Assembly (NCBI GenBank): GCA_030524925.1 | Contig: JAUNFS010000002.1 | Coordinates: 2,202 to 66,201, forward strand | DNA length: 64,000 nucleotides | Direction of reading: 5' to 3' | DNA from: a bacterium | Lineage (GTDB): Bacteria; Bacillota_I; Bacilli_A; RF39; UBA660 | Shown: piece by piece, positions 20,595-30,340 of the stretch | Layout of the letters: every line of letters starts with the position of its first letter | Numbering within the stretch: position 1 is the first letter of the stretch | The notes under the pieces: model-generated | The model's database searches: none | What the model saw: only the letters and a program-made list of their open reading frames with translations | Told to the model about the DNA's origin: nothing | Made by a program: the position numbers and the translations under genes

Positions 20595-21253
20595 TGAAAA
20601 TAAGTAATAGATTAAAAAGTATTGCGGGTCTGATTATTGATAGTGATAAGGTTGCTGATATTGGGTGTGATCATGCATTATTAGATATTTATTTAATAAA
20701 GAATAAAATTTGCTCACAGGTTCTTGCTAGTGATGTTTCAGAAAGTGCACTTGCTGGTGGAAGAAATAATATTAAAAAATATCATTTAGAAGATAATATT
20801 GAAACTAAAGTTGGTAGAGGTCTTGAGGTTATTGATGATGAGATAAACACAGTTATTCTTTCTGGGATGGGGACATCTACAATTGTTAAAATTCTTAGTA
20901 GTCCTAAGCTTAGTCAGATAAATAAATTAGTTATTCAGTCAAATAATGATTATTATTTACTTAGAAGATTTGTTATTAGTAAAGGTTATTATATTTCTCA
21001 TGAAGCAGTTATTTATGATAAGGGTAGATACTATATTAATATTGTCTTTTTAAAGGGCAAGAAAAAGTATAGTGTTAAAGAGCTTATTTATGGTCCTATT
21101 TTGATGTATTCTAATAAAGATTATTTTGAGTATTTACTTAAGAAACATGAACAAATTTTAGATAATATTCCTAAGTATAAATTTATAGATAGATTTAAAA
21201 TTAAGAAAGATGTTAGTTTTTTAAGAAAACTATGTAAAAGAGATAATGTATAA
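20594..21253 (+). CDS. trmK: tRNA (adenine22-N1)-methyltransferase
   Basis: DIGCDHALLDIYL and SDVSESAL motifs of the TrmK/YqfN family. Position immediately downstream of sigA matches Firmicutes. Confidence 0.75.
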   Translation: MKISNRLKSIAGLIIDSDKVADIGCDHALLDIYLIKNKICSQVLASDVSESALAGGRNNIKKYHLEDNIETKVGRGLEVIDDEINTVILSGMGTSTIVKILSSPKLSQINKLVIQSNNDYYLLRRFVISKGYYISHEAVIYDKGRYYINIVFLKGKKKYSVKELIYGPILMYSNKDYFEYLLKKHEQILDNIPKYKFIDRFKIKKDVSFLRKLCKRDNV

Positions 21254-21809
21254 GTATGTTAAGAGATTTATTGATATAATATTAGGAATATTTATTTTGT
21301 TACTTATTTGGCCAGTTATTGTTATCATTTATGTTATTTTGAAAATAGATTTAGGTGGCAAGATAATATTTAAGCAAGAAAGATTAGGTTTAAATATGAA
21401 ACCGTTTACAATTTATAAGTTTAAGTCAATGCTTGATGATACTTCGCTAAGTCATGATGAGAGAATAACTAAATGCTCTTTTATAATTAGAAGATCCGGC
21501 ATGGATGAACTACCTAATTTATTTAATATAATTAAAGGGGATATGTCTTTTGTTGGGCCTAGGGCTTTAATGGCCGTTGATAAAACGATGCCAAAAGATT
21601 TTTTAAATCCTAAAAGATATACAGTTAAACCTGGGGTATTTGGGCTTGCTCAGTATCATGGCAGGAGAAATATTACAAATAGTGGGAAACTTAAATATGA
21701 TTTAGAGTATGTTGATAGAGAATGTTTTTCACTTGATTTTAAATTATTTTTTCTTAGTATATTTGAAGTAATTGGTGAGATGATTAGTTATGTAAAAAAG
21801 AGCAAATGA
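21246..21809 (+). CDS. sugar transferase (polyprenyl-phosphate glycosyl-1-phosphate transferase, WbaP C-terminal type)
   Basis: Single TM helix, then KQERLG…F..YKF…DELPNL…G.MS.VGPRA motifs of bacterial sugar transferases. Confidence 0.75.
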   Translation: MYKYVKRFIDIILGIFILLLIWPVIVIIYVILKIDLGGKIIFKQERLGLNMKPFTIYKFKSMLDDTSLSHDERITKCSFIIRRSGMDELPNLFNIIKGDMSFVGPRALMAVDKTMPKDFLNPKRYTVKPGVFGLAQYHGRRNITNSGKLKYDLEYVDRECFSLDFKLFFLSIFEVIGEMISYVKKSK

Positions 21810-21821
21810 TGCTCTTTTTTG
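21797..21821. terminator. bidirectional rho-independent terminator between convergent genes
   Basis: AAGAGCA-AATGA-TGCTCTT hairpin flanked by an A-run and a T-run. Confidence 0.6.
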
Positions 21822-21825
21822 ATGT

Positions 21826-21939
21826 TTATTGGAATATATAATAAATGATTGTTCCTAGAACACTGCCGATCATTGCTAAAAGCATAATCCAAACTAGGAT
21901 TTTAGAACCAACGCTTTTCTTTTTTGATTTATATGCCAT
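21826..21939 (-). CDS. small hydrophobic protein (37 aa)
   Basis: MAYKSKKKSVGSKILVWIMLLAMIGSVLGTIIYYIFQ with a strong RBS GAGAGGTG 7 nt upstream. One TM helix. Confidence 0.4.
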   Translation of the reverse strand: MAYKSKKKSVGSKILVWIMLLAMIGSVLGTIIYYIFQ

Positions 21940-22049
21940 ATTTTCACCTCTCGCTAAATTAATTATACTAAAAAAATTATTAAATTAAAAGTATTTATAA
22001 CTTATTAAATGTATGTTATAATTTTTTTGATAGATGGGTAGTTGTTTAT

Positions 22050-23390
22050 ATGAATAAAAATGTGTTGGTTATTATATTAGTTTCTATTGCTTTTATGCTT
22101 CTTGGTTCTTTTTGTATTTATGCGAGTTATTATTTTAAGTTTTTGGATTTGCAGGTGTCTAAGGTATCGCTGATATCGGTTAATGGAGATAGTAATAGTT
22201 TTACAATTGAGATTGAGGGTAAAGGAAAAGAAGAATTTTCTTGCCTAGTTTATAATGATTTAAATAAATATGATGTTAAAGCAGTAAATAATAAGTGTGA
22301 AATAACTTTGGATATAAATAAAGATTATCTGGTAAGTTTATATAATGTAAAAAATAGTTCTAAAGAAGTTTATTTGACTGATTATATTAATAATGTTTTA
22401 GCTTTTAATTTTAATGAAGATGTTATTTATTTAACTTTAGGAAAAGAAAAAAATTTTGTTTATAATGAACTTTTGATAGATAAAGATAAGAATAAAGAGG
22501 ATGTTGTTATTAAGAATGAAAGTGTTGCAGTAATTGAGAATAACATAATTAAGGGATTAAAAGTCGGAGAGACTGAGATATATGCTAAAAAGTTAAAGAA
22601 AACTATGAAAGTTGTTGTAACGGATTTAATTAGCGAGCCTTATCTTTCTGAGAAGAAAAAAGAAATTATTCCATGTAATCAATATAGCAAAGAAGAAAGT
22701 GAAGAATTAGATAAGATTCTTGCTTATAGAATTAATACGGCGGGTTATAAAACAAGAGCAGCAGCTGTGGCAGCAGCAAGATTTATAACTTTAGAGTTTA
22801 AATATCGCATTCCTTATTTTTACGAAAATGGTAGAGTACATGAAAGTGGCGTTCATTTTGCTGATGGTGAGGGACGTTATTATAAGACTGGTTTATATTT
22901 ACATGAAGATAAAAAGAAAGATATTATAGCTTCTTGGAGAGGACCTGCTATATGGGGTTGTCCTCTTACTAATTTAGAAGATGAACCAGGATATGGTTAT
23001 ATTATGGGAGCTAAGAAACCAAATGGTTTGGATTGTTCAGGGTTTGTTTCTTGGGCACTACTTAATGCAGGATTTGATCCTGGAGATATTGGTGCGGGAG
23101 ATACTGATTATAAATATCAAATGACTAAGCTTGGTAAGTTTACACCATTAACTGATGATTTAATTAAATCAGGAAATATTAGAACGGGTGATTTAATTAA
23201 TTACTGGGGACATATTGGAATTATTATTGGAATAGATGATGATAATATATATGTTGCAGAGAGTTTGCCAAATTTAGGTGGTTTGGTCGCTAAAAGGTAT
23301 CCAAAAACAAAAATTAGAAATACATTTACTCATGTTGTTTTAATGGATGAATACTATGTTAATGATGGTAATTTAACAAATATGTGGTAA
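22050..23390 (+). CDS. NlpC/P60 (C40) family cell-wall peptidase with N-terminal signal anchor
   Basis: C-terminal catalytic Cys motif GLDCSGFVSWAL plus a downstream WGHIGII His. N-terminal TM helix. Confidence 0.6.
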   Translation: MNKNVLVIILVSIAFMLLGSFCIYASYYFKFLDLQVSKVSLISVNGDSNSFTIEIEGKGKEEFSCLVYNDLNKYDVKAVNNKCEITLDINKDYLVSLYNVKNSSKEVYLTDYINNVLAFNFNEDVIYLTLGKEKNFVYNELLIDKDKNKEDVVIKNESVAVIENNIIKGLKVGETEIYAKKLKKTMKVVVTDLISEPYLSEKKKEIIPCNQYSKEESEELDKILAYRINTAGYKTRAAAVAAARFITLEFKYRIPYFYENGRVHESGVHFADGEGRYYKTGLYLHEDKKKDIIASWRGPAIWGCPLTNLEDEPGYGYIMGAKKPNGLDCSGFVSWALLNAGFDPGDIGAGDTDYKYQMTKLGKFTPLTDDLIKSGNIRTGDLINYWGHIGIIIGIDDDNIYVAESLPNLGGLVAKRYPKTKIRNTFTHVVLMDEYYVNDGNLTNMW

Positions 23391-23431
23391 TAATTATTAT
23401 GATGTTTAATATACTTAATTAGGAGAAAACT

Positions 23432-24001
23432 ATGAAATTAAAAATTAAAAGTAGTTATCTAATTAAGTTTTTATTTGGATTTTTTTTGATTGGTTTGTTA
23501 GTGGGATTTTTTCTGTTCTTTAAGTTAGATACTGACGCTAAAGAGAGTGTAATTCTTTCTTTAAGTAATATAAATAGTGCAGTGTCTGATGGGCATCAAA
23601 ACTTTATAGTAATGCATCTGATAATTTCTTTATTTTTAACTGTTCTTTCTTTATGCGTAATTGGGTTTCCTCTTGTGTTATTTTATTTGTTTTATGAGTT
23701 TGCTAGTTTTGGTTTTTTACTTGCGGGCTTAATTAAATTAAAGGGGTTTAATGGGTTGATGTTTGGCTTAGCCTCATTTTTTACTAATAAATTTGTTTAC
23801 ATAGTTTTGCTTTGTTATTTGTCTTATGTTTCATTTTCTTTTTTTAGGAAAATTATTAAATATAAAGAGCAGATGGATACTAGAATATTTGCTCTTCATT
23901 TAAAGAGATTAGGAATTATTTTACTTGCAATATTTATAAATGATTTAATTATTTATTTTTGGGGTAATAAGCTTTTGAGTATCTTTCTTTTTTTACTATA
24001 A
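23432..24001 (+). CDS. polytopic membrane protein (possible SpoIIM/DUF95-like)
   Basis: 189 aa with 4-5 hydrophobic helices. No catalytic motif. Confidence 0.35.
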   Translation: MKLKIKSSYLIKFLFGFFLIGLLVGFFLFFKLDTDAKESVILSLSNINSAVSDGHQNFIVMHLIISLFLTVLSLCVIGFPLVLFYLFYEFASFGFLLAGLIKLKGFNGLMFGLASFFTNKFVYIVLLCYLSYVSFSFFRKIIKYKEQMDTRIFALHLKRLGIILLAIFINDLIIYFWGNKLLSIFLFLL

Positions 24002-24027
24002 TTTGATATGATATATACGTGATTTAT

Positions 24028-25137
24028 ATGGAAAAAGTTGTTATTGGGATGAGTGGGGGAGTTGATTCTTCCGTTGCTGCTTATCTATTAAAAAAAGAAG
24101 GTTATGAGGTTATTGGTTTATTTATGCGTAATTGGGATGCAATGGTTAATGGGGATACTTTAGGTAATCCAACACTTAACGATAGTATTTGCCCTCAGGA
24201 ACAGGATTATAATGATGCTTTAGAGGTATGCAAAAAGTTAGATATTCCACTTCATAGAATTGATTTTGTAAAAGAATATTGGGATTATGTTTTTAAGTAT
24301 TTTTTAGATGAATTAAAGCTTGGTAGAACGCCTAATCCAGATTTGATGTGTAATAAGTATATTAAATTTGATTTATTTATAAAGGAAGCTAGGAGACTTG
24401 GGGCTGATAAGATTGCTACTGGGCATTATGCAAGAATTGTTGGTAATAGACTTTGCAGAGCGGTAGATTTGAATAAAGATCAAACTTATTTTCTTGCCCA
24501 AGTGCCTTTAGGACAGTTTAAGGATGTTTTGTTTCCGATTGGCCATTTAACAAAGCCTGAAGTAAGAGAAATTGCTTTAGAAGCTGGTATCCCTACTGCT
24601 AAGAAAAAAGATTCAACGGGGATTTGTTTTATTGGTGAGCGTAATTATCAAAAATTTATAGCTAATTTTTTAAAACCTAATCCTGGTGATATTATTGATG
24701 TAAAAACTGGTACAGTTATTGGAACTCATCAAGGCCTTATGAATTATACAATTGGTCAAAGAAGAAATGTCGGAGTTTCGGGTAACTTAGAAAAGCATTT
24801 TGTAGTTGGTAAAAGCGTTAGTAAAAATGTTTTGTATGTTGCTTTTGGTGATGATCCTGAAGAGTTATATTCTGATGCTTGCATAATTGATAATATAAAC
24901 TTTATTTCACCTTCTAGACCAGCTTTTTGTACTGCTAAGTTTAGATATCGTGGTAGCGATTTTGAGGTTATTTTAGAGTATTTAGATAATAATGAAATAC
25001 TTGTTAAATATCCGGAGAAAGTAAAGGCCGTAACGCCTGGACAAGCTTGCGTTTTATATTTAGGAGAACAATGTTTAGGCTCTGGAATAATTAAAACGGT
25101 TATGAAGGATGAGAAAGAACTTTGGTATTTAAATTAG
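24028..25137 (+). CDS. mnmA: tRNA 2-thiouridine(34) synthase
   Basis: PP-loop VIGMSGGVDSSVAAYLL and catalytic Cys regions (CNKYIKF, GICFIGE). Confidence 0.9.
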   Translation: MEKVVIGMSGGVDSSVAAYLLKKEGYEVIGLFMRNWDAMVNGDTLGNPTLNDSICPQEQDYNDALEVCKKLDIPLHRIDFVKEYWDYVFKYFLDELKLGRTPNPDLMCNKYIKFDLFIKEARRLGADKIATGHYARIVGNRLCRAVDLNKDQTYFLAQVPLGQFKDVLFPIGHLTKPEVREIALEAGIPTAKKKDSTGICFIGERNYQKFIANFLKPNPGDIIDVKTGTVIGTHQGLMNYTIGQRRNVGVSGNLEKHFVVGKSVSKNVLYVAFGDDPEELYSDACIIDNINFISPSRPAFCTAKFRYRGSDFEVILEYLDNNEILVKYPEKVKAVTPGQACVLYLGEQCLGSGIIKTVMKDEKELWYLN

Positions 25138-25160
25138 GCCTTTTAAAGGCTTTTTTCTTG
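25136..25160 (+). terminator. rho-independent terminator after mnmA
   Basis: GGCCTT-TTA-AAGGC hairpin followed by T6. Confidence 0.5.
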
Positions 25161-25171
25161 ACTTCTTCCCT

Positions 25172-25200
25172 TGACAAGTAATCGTAAACTAGGTACAATA
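25172..25200 (+). promoter_or_regulatory. sigma-A-type promoter
   Basis: TTGACA, 17-nt spacer, TACAAT, about 45 nt upstream of the 25244 ORF. Confidence 0.5.
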
Positions 25201-25243
25201 ATAGTGTAAAAGAAAATAATTAAGAAAGAGTGATAAATAAAAT

Positions 25244-26017
25244 ATGAAATATTTAAATGATATATTACAAGAGTTAGGAATTTCAAAGGTTAGGCTTGCT
25301 AAGTATTTAGGAGTGTCTAGACAAATGGTATACAACTATTTGGAATTACCTAGTTTAAATAAATGGCCAAAGGAGAAGAAACTTTCACTTTTGAAGCTTT
25401 TAGATATTGAAGATGGCGATGATGAAACAATTTCTTCAATTAAGGTGACAACCGACTATTTAATGGAGGTTGAAGATAGGCTAAATCAAGGCCTTAAGGA
25501 TAATTTACAAGGGGAGTTTTTAGATTTAAAAGGACTAAAAAAGGAAGAACAACAGTTAGTTAGTGATATTACTTATTTAATAAAAGAAAAACTTTTAGAT
25601 AGTGATGATCATCAAGAAAGTTATTATTCACTTTTATATATGTATCATCTATTACAATCTATTGATAATATACCAGAGATTAAGTATACACTTGCTTATT
25701 TAAGTAAAGCTGCAGGATTTACTAAACCAAATGACTTTAGATTTAATGAAGAAAAACAATTTTCTTTTGAAGGAATTATCCATTCAGCCTTCTCACTTTA
25801 CAATAGCGGAAATGCGTCAAAGAGTAGGGTAATAGAGTCTCATAATCGCTTTGTACAAGAAATTGAAATTCGTAATGAAGAAAAATTAAGTCGTACTCAG
25901 CAATTAAATACATTAAGAATTCAAGCATTAAGGGAACTTGGTTATTCAGAAGTTACTAGAGAAAATGCTAATGAGTTCTTAGAAAAACTTGCAGAAATTG
26001 AATCTAGAAAATTTTAG
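25244..26017 (+). CDS. helix-turn-helix domain protein
   Basis: N-terminal LGISKVRLAKYLGVSRQMVYNYLE is an XRE-like HTH. The rest is an acidic helical domain. Confidence 0.4.
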   Translation: MKYLNDILQELGISKVRLAKYLGVSRQMVYNYLELPSLNKWPKEKKLSLLKLLDIEDGDDETISSIKVTTDYLMEVEDRLNQGLKDNLQGEFLDLKGLKKEEQQLVSDITYLIKEKLLDSDDHQESYYSLLYMYHLLQSIDNIPEIKYTLAYLSKAAGFTKPNDFRFNEEKQFSFEGIIHSAFSLYNSGNASKSRVIESHNRFVQEIEIRNEEKLSRTQQLNTLRIQALRELGYSEVTRENANEFLEKLAEIESRKF

Positions 26018-26023
26018 GCTAAG

Positions 26024-26066
26024 TCCCCTACTTTAAATTTTACTAAAAAGTAGGGGTGTTTATTTG
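26024..26066 (+). terminator. rho-independent terminator
   Basis: CCCCTACT…AGTAGGGG hairpin followed by a T-rich tail. Confidence 0.6.
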
Positions 26067-26669
26067 CTAGTTAGTCTGTGATAATTAAATGTTTTATTAG
26101 TTTGATAATTATATATTAATTAATAAAAATATTAGTTGTAATGAATTATATAATGTAATAGATAATAAAGTTATAAATAATTGGTATGAAAAATTTAAAT
26201 AAATTGATTTTTGATTATAGTTTAGATTTTAATCATGCTGATAAGATTAGTAAATATATGACTTTTTAATTGTAATTAATAACTTCTTATAATGTATATT
26301 ATGTTAACTCTTGAAAATGAACAAAAAAGATAGGTATTATTATATCTATTGCTATTATCTTTATTATTATATTATTTGTTAGTTTATTTTAATAATCTAT
26401 TTGGTTGTATGTAGATTATTTTTTTATTTCTATTCTTAACAATATGCCTATGTCATCTTTAGTTAATATTTACTAATCAAATTATTATTTTATGTTATTA
26501 TTAATTGTTTATTTATTATCGTACAAATGTATATACTTATATTTGATTTATTTAATTGCCCTATTTTTTATAAAATTGATAGGGGAGTTTAACTTTGAAA
26601 AATTCTTGTTGTTGATAAACTATTTCTGATACTATATAATTTAATTAACATATATTTGGAGGATGTAAC

Positions 26670-27164
26670 ATGATTAAAAAATTTTTTGAATGGATATTTA
26701 ATTTTATAGAGTTTTTATTCCCTGGACTAAAAGAAGAAAGAAAGAATAATTCCCCTTCTCTTTCGGAAAAAACTTATTTAAAAAAAGAGTTTTTATCTAG
26801 TAGTGAACTTATATTTTATCATAAGCTATTAAAATTAGAAGAAATTGGCGATTATAAAATAATACCACAAGTTAATCTAGCTTCTATAATTACTAAGTTG
26901 TCTAATAATAGATATCAAAGTGAATTATATAGAAATATAGATTATGCTGTATTTTCTAAAGATCTTACTACCCTACTTTTACTTATTGAGTTAAATGATA
27001 TTACTCATGAACAAAAATCTAGAAAGATTAGAGATATGAAAGTAAAAGATATTTGCAATAATGCAGGCATTAAATTAATTACTTTTTATACTAAATATGA
27101 CAATAAAGAGGAATATGTTGTTAATAGAGTTATGGAAGAAATAAATAAATTAAAGGAAATGTGA
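26670..27164 (+). CDS. DUF2726-like (restriction-endonuclease-fold) protein (tentative)
   Basis: 164 aa. Pattern …ELIFYHKL…PQVNL…DYAVF…LIELND… resembles DUF2726/NERD-like cores. Low certainty. Confidence 0.35.
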   Translation: MIKKFFEWIFNFIEFLFPGLKEERKNNSPSLSEKTYLKKEFLSSSELIFYHKLLKLEEIGDYKIIPQVNLASIITKLSNNRYQSELYRNIDYAVFSKDLTTLLLLIELNDITHEQKSRKIRDMKVKDICNNAGIKLITFYTKYDNKEEYVVNRVMEEINKLKEM

Positions 27165-27265
27165 TTTTTTGAAACTATAAATCTAATTATTATATTATAG
27201 ATGATCACTTAGGTAGAATTCCTACTATGGATGAGATTGTTGATGCATTTGTAGCTTATTATAAA

Positions 27266-28135
27266 TCATAAAAAGATGTTTGTTAGAGTAATTACTATTA
27301 TGCCGATTATTAAGCCTTTGACGAGGCTTTTTTTACTGTATTTTTGACTTTCTTTGAAGATATCATTTATGGATATAGAAATCATTAAACCTGCGGTAAA
27401 TAATAAAATGATACTTATCATTAAGTTAGAGATATATTTATATAAGATTAAGTATGCTAGTAAGGCTCCTAGCGGTTCTGATATGGCGCTTATTAAAGTA
27501 AATTTGATAGCTTTTATTTTACTTTTAGTTGAGTAATAGATGGGAATAGCTATGGCAATCCCTTCAGGGATGTTATGAAGCATGATAGCAAGTCCATATT
27601 TAATACCCATTTTAATATCAATAGTTGATGATAAAAAAGTAAGTACTCCTTCAGGCATATTATGAATGATTAGTGCTAACATATTTAAGATACCTAGTTT
27701 ATATAAACTTTCCTGAGATTTCTTTTGAATCTTTTTATCAATAATAGAATTTACTTTGTTACCTATTATAATCATTAATAGTAAGATAATTATAGCTATA
27801 ATTAGGTTATAGTTTTTAGATATGTAAAAAAAGCCTTCAGGAATTAAGTCAGTAATAGAAATTAATAACATAATAGTTGCTGAAAACGATAATGATATAC
27901 CAATAAAATTATTTATTTTTTTAGGTTTTAGGTAAATAAAAAGACAACCTATCATTGTTGATAAGCCAGCAACTAAGGATACTATAAATGATGTTACAAT
28001 ATTATTCATGTTAATACTATATGTTTTTAACCAATTTTTACCACTTAATATAGTGCATTTATTTGAACTTTTATACCATACTATAACTAGGAGGTAAGTT
28101 ATGAAAGCTAAAAATAATGCTAAAGCTAGAAGCAA
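27266..28135 (-). CDS. ZIP family metal (zinc) transporter
   Basis: Two HN[MI]PEG motifs (HNMPEGVLTFLSS, HNIPEGIAIAIP) and 8 TM helices. Confidence 0.8.
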   Translation of the reverse strand: MLLALALFLAFITYLLVIVWYKSSNKCTILSGKNWLKTYSINMNNIVTSFIVSLVAGLSTMIGCLFIYLKPKKINNFIGISLSFSATIMLLISITDLIPEGFFYISKNYNLIIAIIILLLMIIIGNKVNSIIDKKIQKKSQESLYKLGILNMLALIIHNMPEGVLTFLSSTIDIKMGIKYGLAIMLHNIPEGIAIAIPIYYSTKSKIKAIKFTLISAISEPLGALLAYLILYKYISNLMISIILLFTAGLMISISINDIFKESQKYSKKSLVKGLIIGIIVITLTNIFL

Positions 28136-28199
28136 TGCAAGAAATAATGCAAAGTCTAGAAATAATGCAAGAACCGAAAATGAATGTCATTCTCGTTAG

Positions 28200-29063
28200 T
28201 TAATCACGAGGAAAGAATTTTTGATAATCATTTTTTAATTCTTGATTAGAGACATGAGTGTATATTTGCGTAGTTGAGATATTTTCATGACCTAATAGTT
28301 CTTGAATAATTCTTAAATCTGCTCCATTATGAAGTAGATGAGTTGCAAATGTATGTCTTAAGGTATGAGGAGAAACATTTTTCCTGATACCTTTTTTTAA
28401 GCATTCTTTTTTGATAACTTTAAAAATAAATTGTCTACTAATAGCATCTCCTCTATTATTTATAAATATAGAATTGATATTTTTTTTATTTATTTTGGGG
28501 CGATAATTATTTATATAATCTTCTAATACACTTATAGCGTAGTCTCCTAGAGGGATAATTCTTTCTTTACTACCCTTACCTATTAATCTAATTATACATT
28601 CATAAGAGTCATAGTTTGATGTTTGCATATTACATAGTTCAGAGATTCTGATACCACTAGAGTATAGAAGTTCTAAAATTGCTTTGTTTCTAGCGTCATA
28701 GGGACTTTTTATTTCTACGTCTAATAGTTTACTTACTTCTTCTAAAGTAAGGTATGTAGGTAGTTTTTTAGCTATTTTGGGACTTTTAATATTAGCAAGA
28801 GGATTTACTTTGATCTTTTCTCTTTTTTGATAGTATTTAAAAAATGATTTTAGTGAGCTTATCTTGTGACTGATAGTTGTGCTTTCAAAGTCTTTGATGG
28901 TTTTTAAGTAAGCTAAAATATCTTCTTTTTTAGTTGATAATATATCTCCTTTTTTAAATTCTTGATACTCTTTAATATCACTTAAGTAGGAGTTTATGGT
29001 GTTTGTACTATAATTTTTTTCAAATTTTAAATAGTTTTCATATTCTTTTAAATTATCAGGCAT
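28200..29063 (-). CDS. tyrosine site-specific recombinase XerC/XerD family
   Basis: C-terminal RHTFATHLLHNGADLRIIQELLGHENISTTQIYTHV (catalytic R…H.R…Y). Confidence 0.85.
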   Translation of the reverse strand: MPDNLKEYENYLKFEKNYSTNTINSYLSDIKEYQEFKKGDILSTKKEDILAYLKTIKDFESTTISHKISSLKSFFKYYQKREKIKVNPLANIKSPKIAKKLPTYLTLEEVSKLLDVEIKSPYDARNKAILELLYSSGIRISELCNMQTSNYDSYECIIRLIGKGSKERIIPLGDYAISVLEDYINNYRPKINKKNINSIFINNRGDAISRQFIFKVIKKECLKKGIRKNVSPHTLRHTFATHLLHNGADLRIIQELLGHENISTTQIYTHVSNQELKNDYQKFFPRD

Positions 29064-29146
29064 ATTATTTACCTACTTTCTTTTATTATTATACATTTAT
29101 CTTTAGTTTTTAGCAAATTTAATATATAATATTATTGGTGAAGAAA

Positions 29147-30340
29147 ATGGAATTACTTGCTAATAAATTAAGACCGAAGAAGCTTTGTGATGTTATTGGC
29201 CAAGAGCATTTAATTGGTGAAGGCGCAATAATTAATAATTTAGTTAAGAATAAAGTTTTGTTTTCTATGATTTTATATGGGCCCCCTGGAACAGGTAAAA
29301 CTAGTATTGCTAATGCAATTATTGGAGAGCTTAATAAAAATTATAGATTTTTAAATGCAGTTATTAATAAAAAAGAAGATTTTGATATTGTTATTGAAGA
29401 AGCTAAAATGGCTGGAGAAATGATTTTAGTTATAGATGAAATTCATAGAATGAATAAAGATAAACAAGATTTACTTCTTCCCTATTTAGAAAGTGGACTT
29501 ATTGTAATTATTGGTCTTACTACTGCTAATCCTTATCATGCAATTAATGCTGCTATTAGAAGTAGATGCCAGATATTTGAGGTTAAGCCACTTAGTGAAA
29601 AAGATATTTTTAAGGGACTTAAAAAAGCCTGTGAGTTTCTTCCAGATATTACTATTTCAGATGAGACTATAGATATTATAACTACGTTAAGTGGTGGAGA
29701 TTTTAGAAGTGCGATTAATTTATTAGAGGTTGCTTATTATAGTTCTAATGATAAGGTGGTTACTAAAGAGATAATAGCAAAGATTAATAGTAAGCCGACA
29801 GTGTTTATTGATAAGAATGATGATGGTTATTATGATACGATTAGTGCTTTTCAGAAGTCTATTAGAGGTAGTGATGTTAATGCTGCACTTTATTATTTAG
29901 GTGTTCTTTTAGAAGCTGGAGATTTAGAGATTATTTTTAGAAGAATGAGCGTTATTGCTTATGAGGATATTGGGCTTGCTAATCCAGGTATTGGGCCAAA
30001 AGTACATGCAGCTATTGAGGCAGTTAGATTACTTGGGATGCCAGAAGGTAGAATTCCTTTATCTGTTGTAGTTAGTGAGATGGCACTGTCTCCTAAGAGT
30101 AATAGTGCACATGTGGCTTTAAATAATGCAATTGGGGCTATTAGAAAAGGTGGATGTGGCAAGGTTCCTAGTCATTTAAGAACTAATAGTAAAGATTATA
30201 AGTATCCACATAATTATCCAAAGTATTATGTTAAACAGCAATATTTACCTGATAATTTAGTTAATGTTAGGTTTTATACACCAAGAAATAATACTTATGA
30301 AAGAAACTTAGTTAAAATAAATGGGGAGATGAAAAAATGA
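29147..30340 (+). CDS. rarA: replication-associated recombination protein A (AAA ATPase)
   Basis: Walker A YGPPGTGKTSIA, Walker B VIDEIHR, and the MgsA C-terminal region. Confidence 0.85.
   Translation: MELLANKLRPKKLCDVIGQEHLIGEGAIINNLVKNKVLFSMILYGPPGTGKTSIANAIIGELNKNYRFLNAVINKKEDFDIVIEEAKMAGEMILVIDEIHRMNKDKQDLLLPYLESGLIVIIGLTTANPYHAINAAIRSRCQIFEVKPLSEKDIFKGLKKACEFLPDITISDETIDIITTLSGGDFRSAINLLEVAYYSSNDKVVTKEIIAKINSKPTVFIDKNDDGYYDTISAFQKSIRGSDVNAALYYLGVLLEAGDLEIIFRRMSVIAYEDIGLANPGIGPKVHAAIEAVRLLGMPEGRIPLSVVVSEMALSPKSNSAHVALNNAIGAIRKGGCGKVPSHLRTNSKDYKYPHNYPKYYVKQQYLPDNLVNVRFYTPRNNTYERNLVKINGEMKK

Noticed and set aside
26140-26170. Possible dif (Xer recombination) site
   Set aside because: Only the AT-rich central region and part of one arm resemble the Firmicutes dif consensus. 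The flanking arms do not match well enough to call.
27181-27266. Short C-terminal-like peptide (…DDHLGRIPTMDEIVDAFVAYYKS) between the DUF2726-like gene and the ZIP transporter
   Set aside because: No start codon and no RBS. Too short to assign. Possibly a gene remnant, but unsupported.
28136-28199. Tandem AATAATGCAA-like repeats and a GAATGACATTC palindrome upstream of the ZIP transporter as a Zur box
   Set aside because: Does not match the Firmicutes Zur consensus (TCGTAATnATTACGA). Treated as a possible but unsupported operator.
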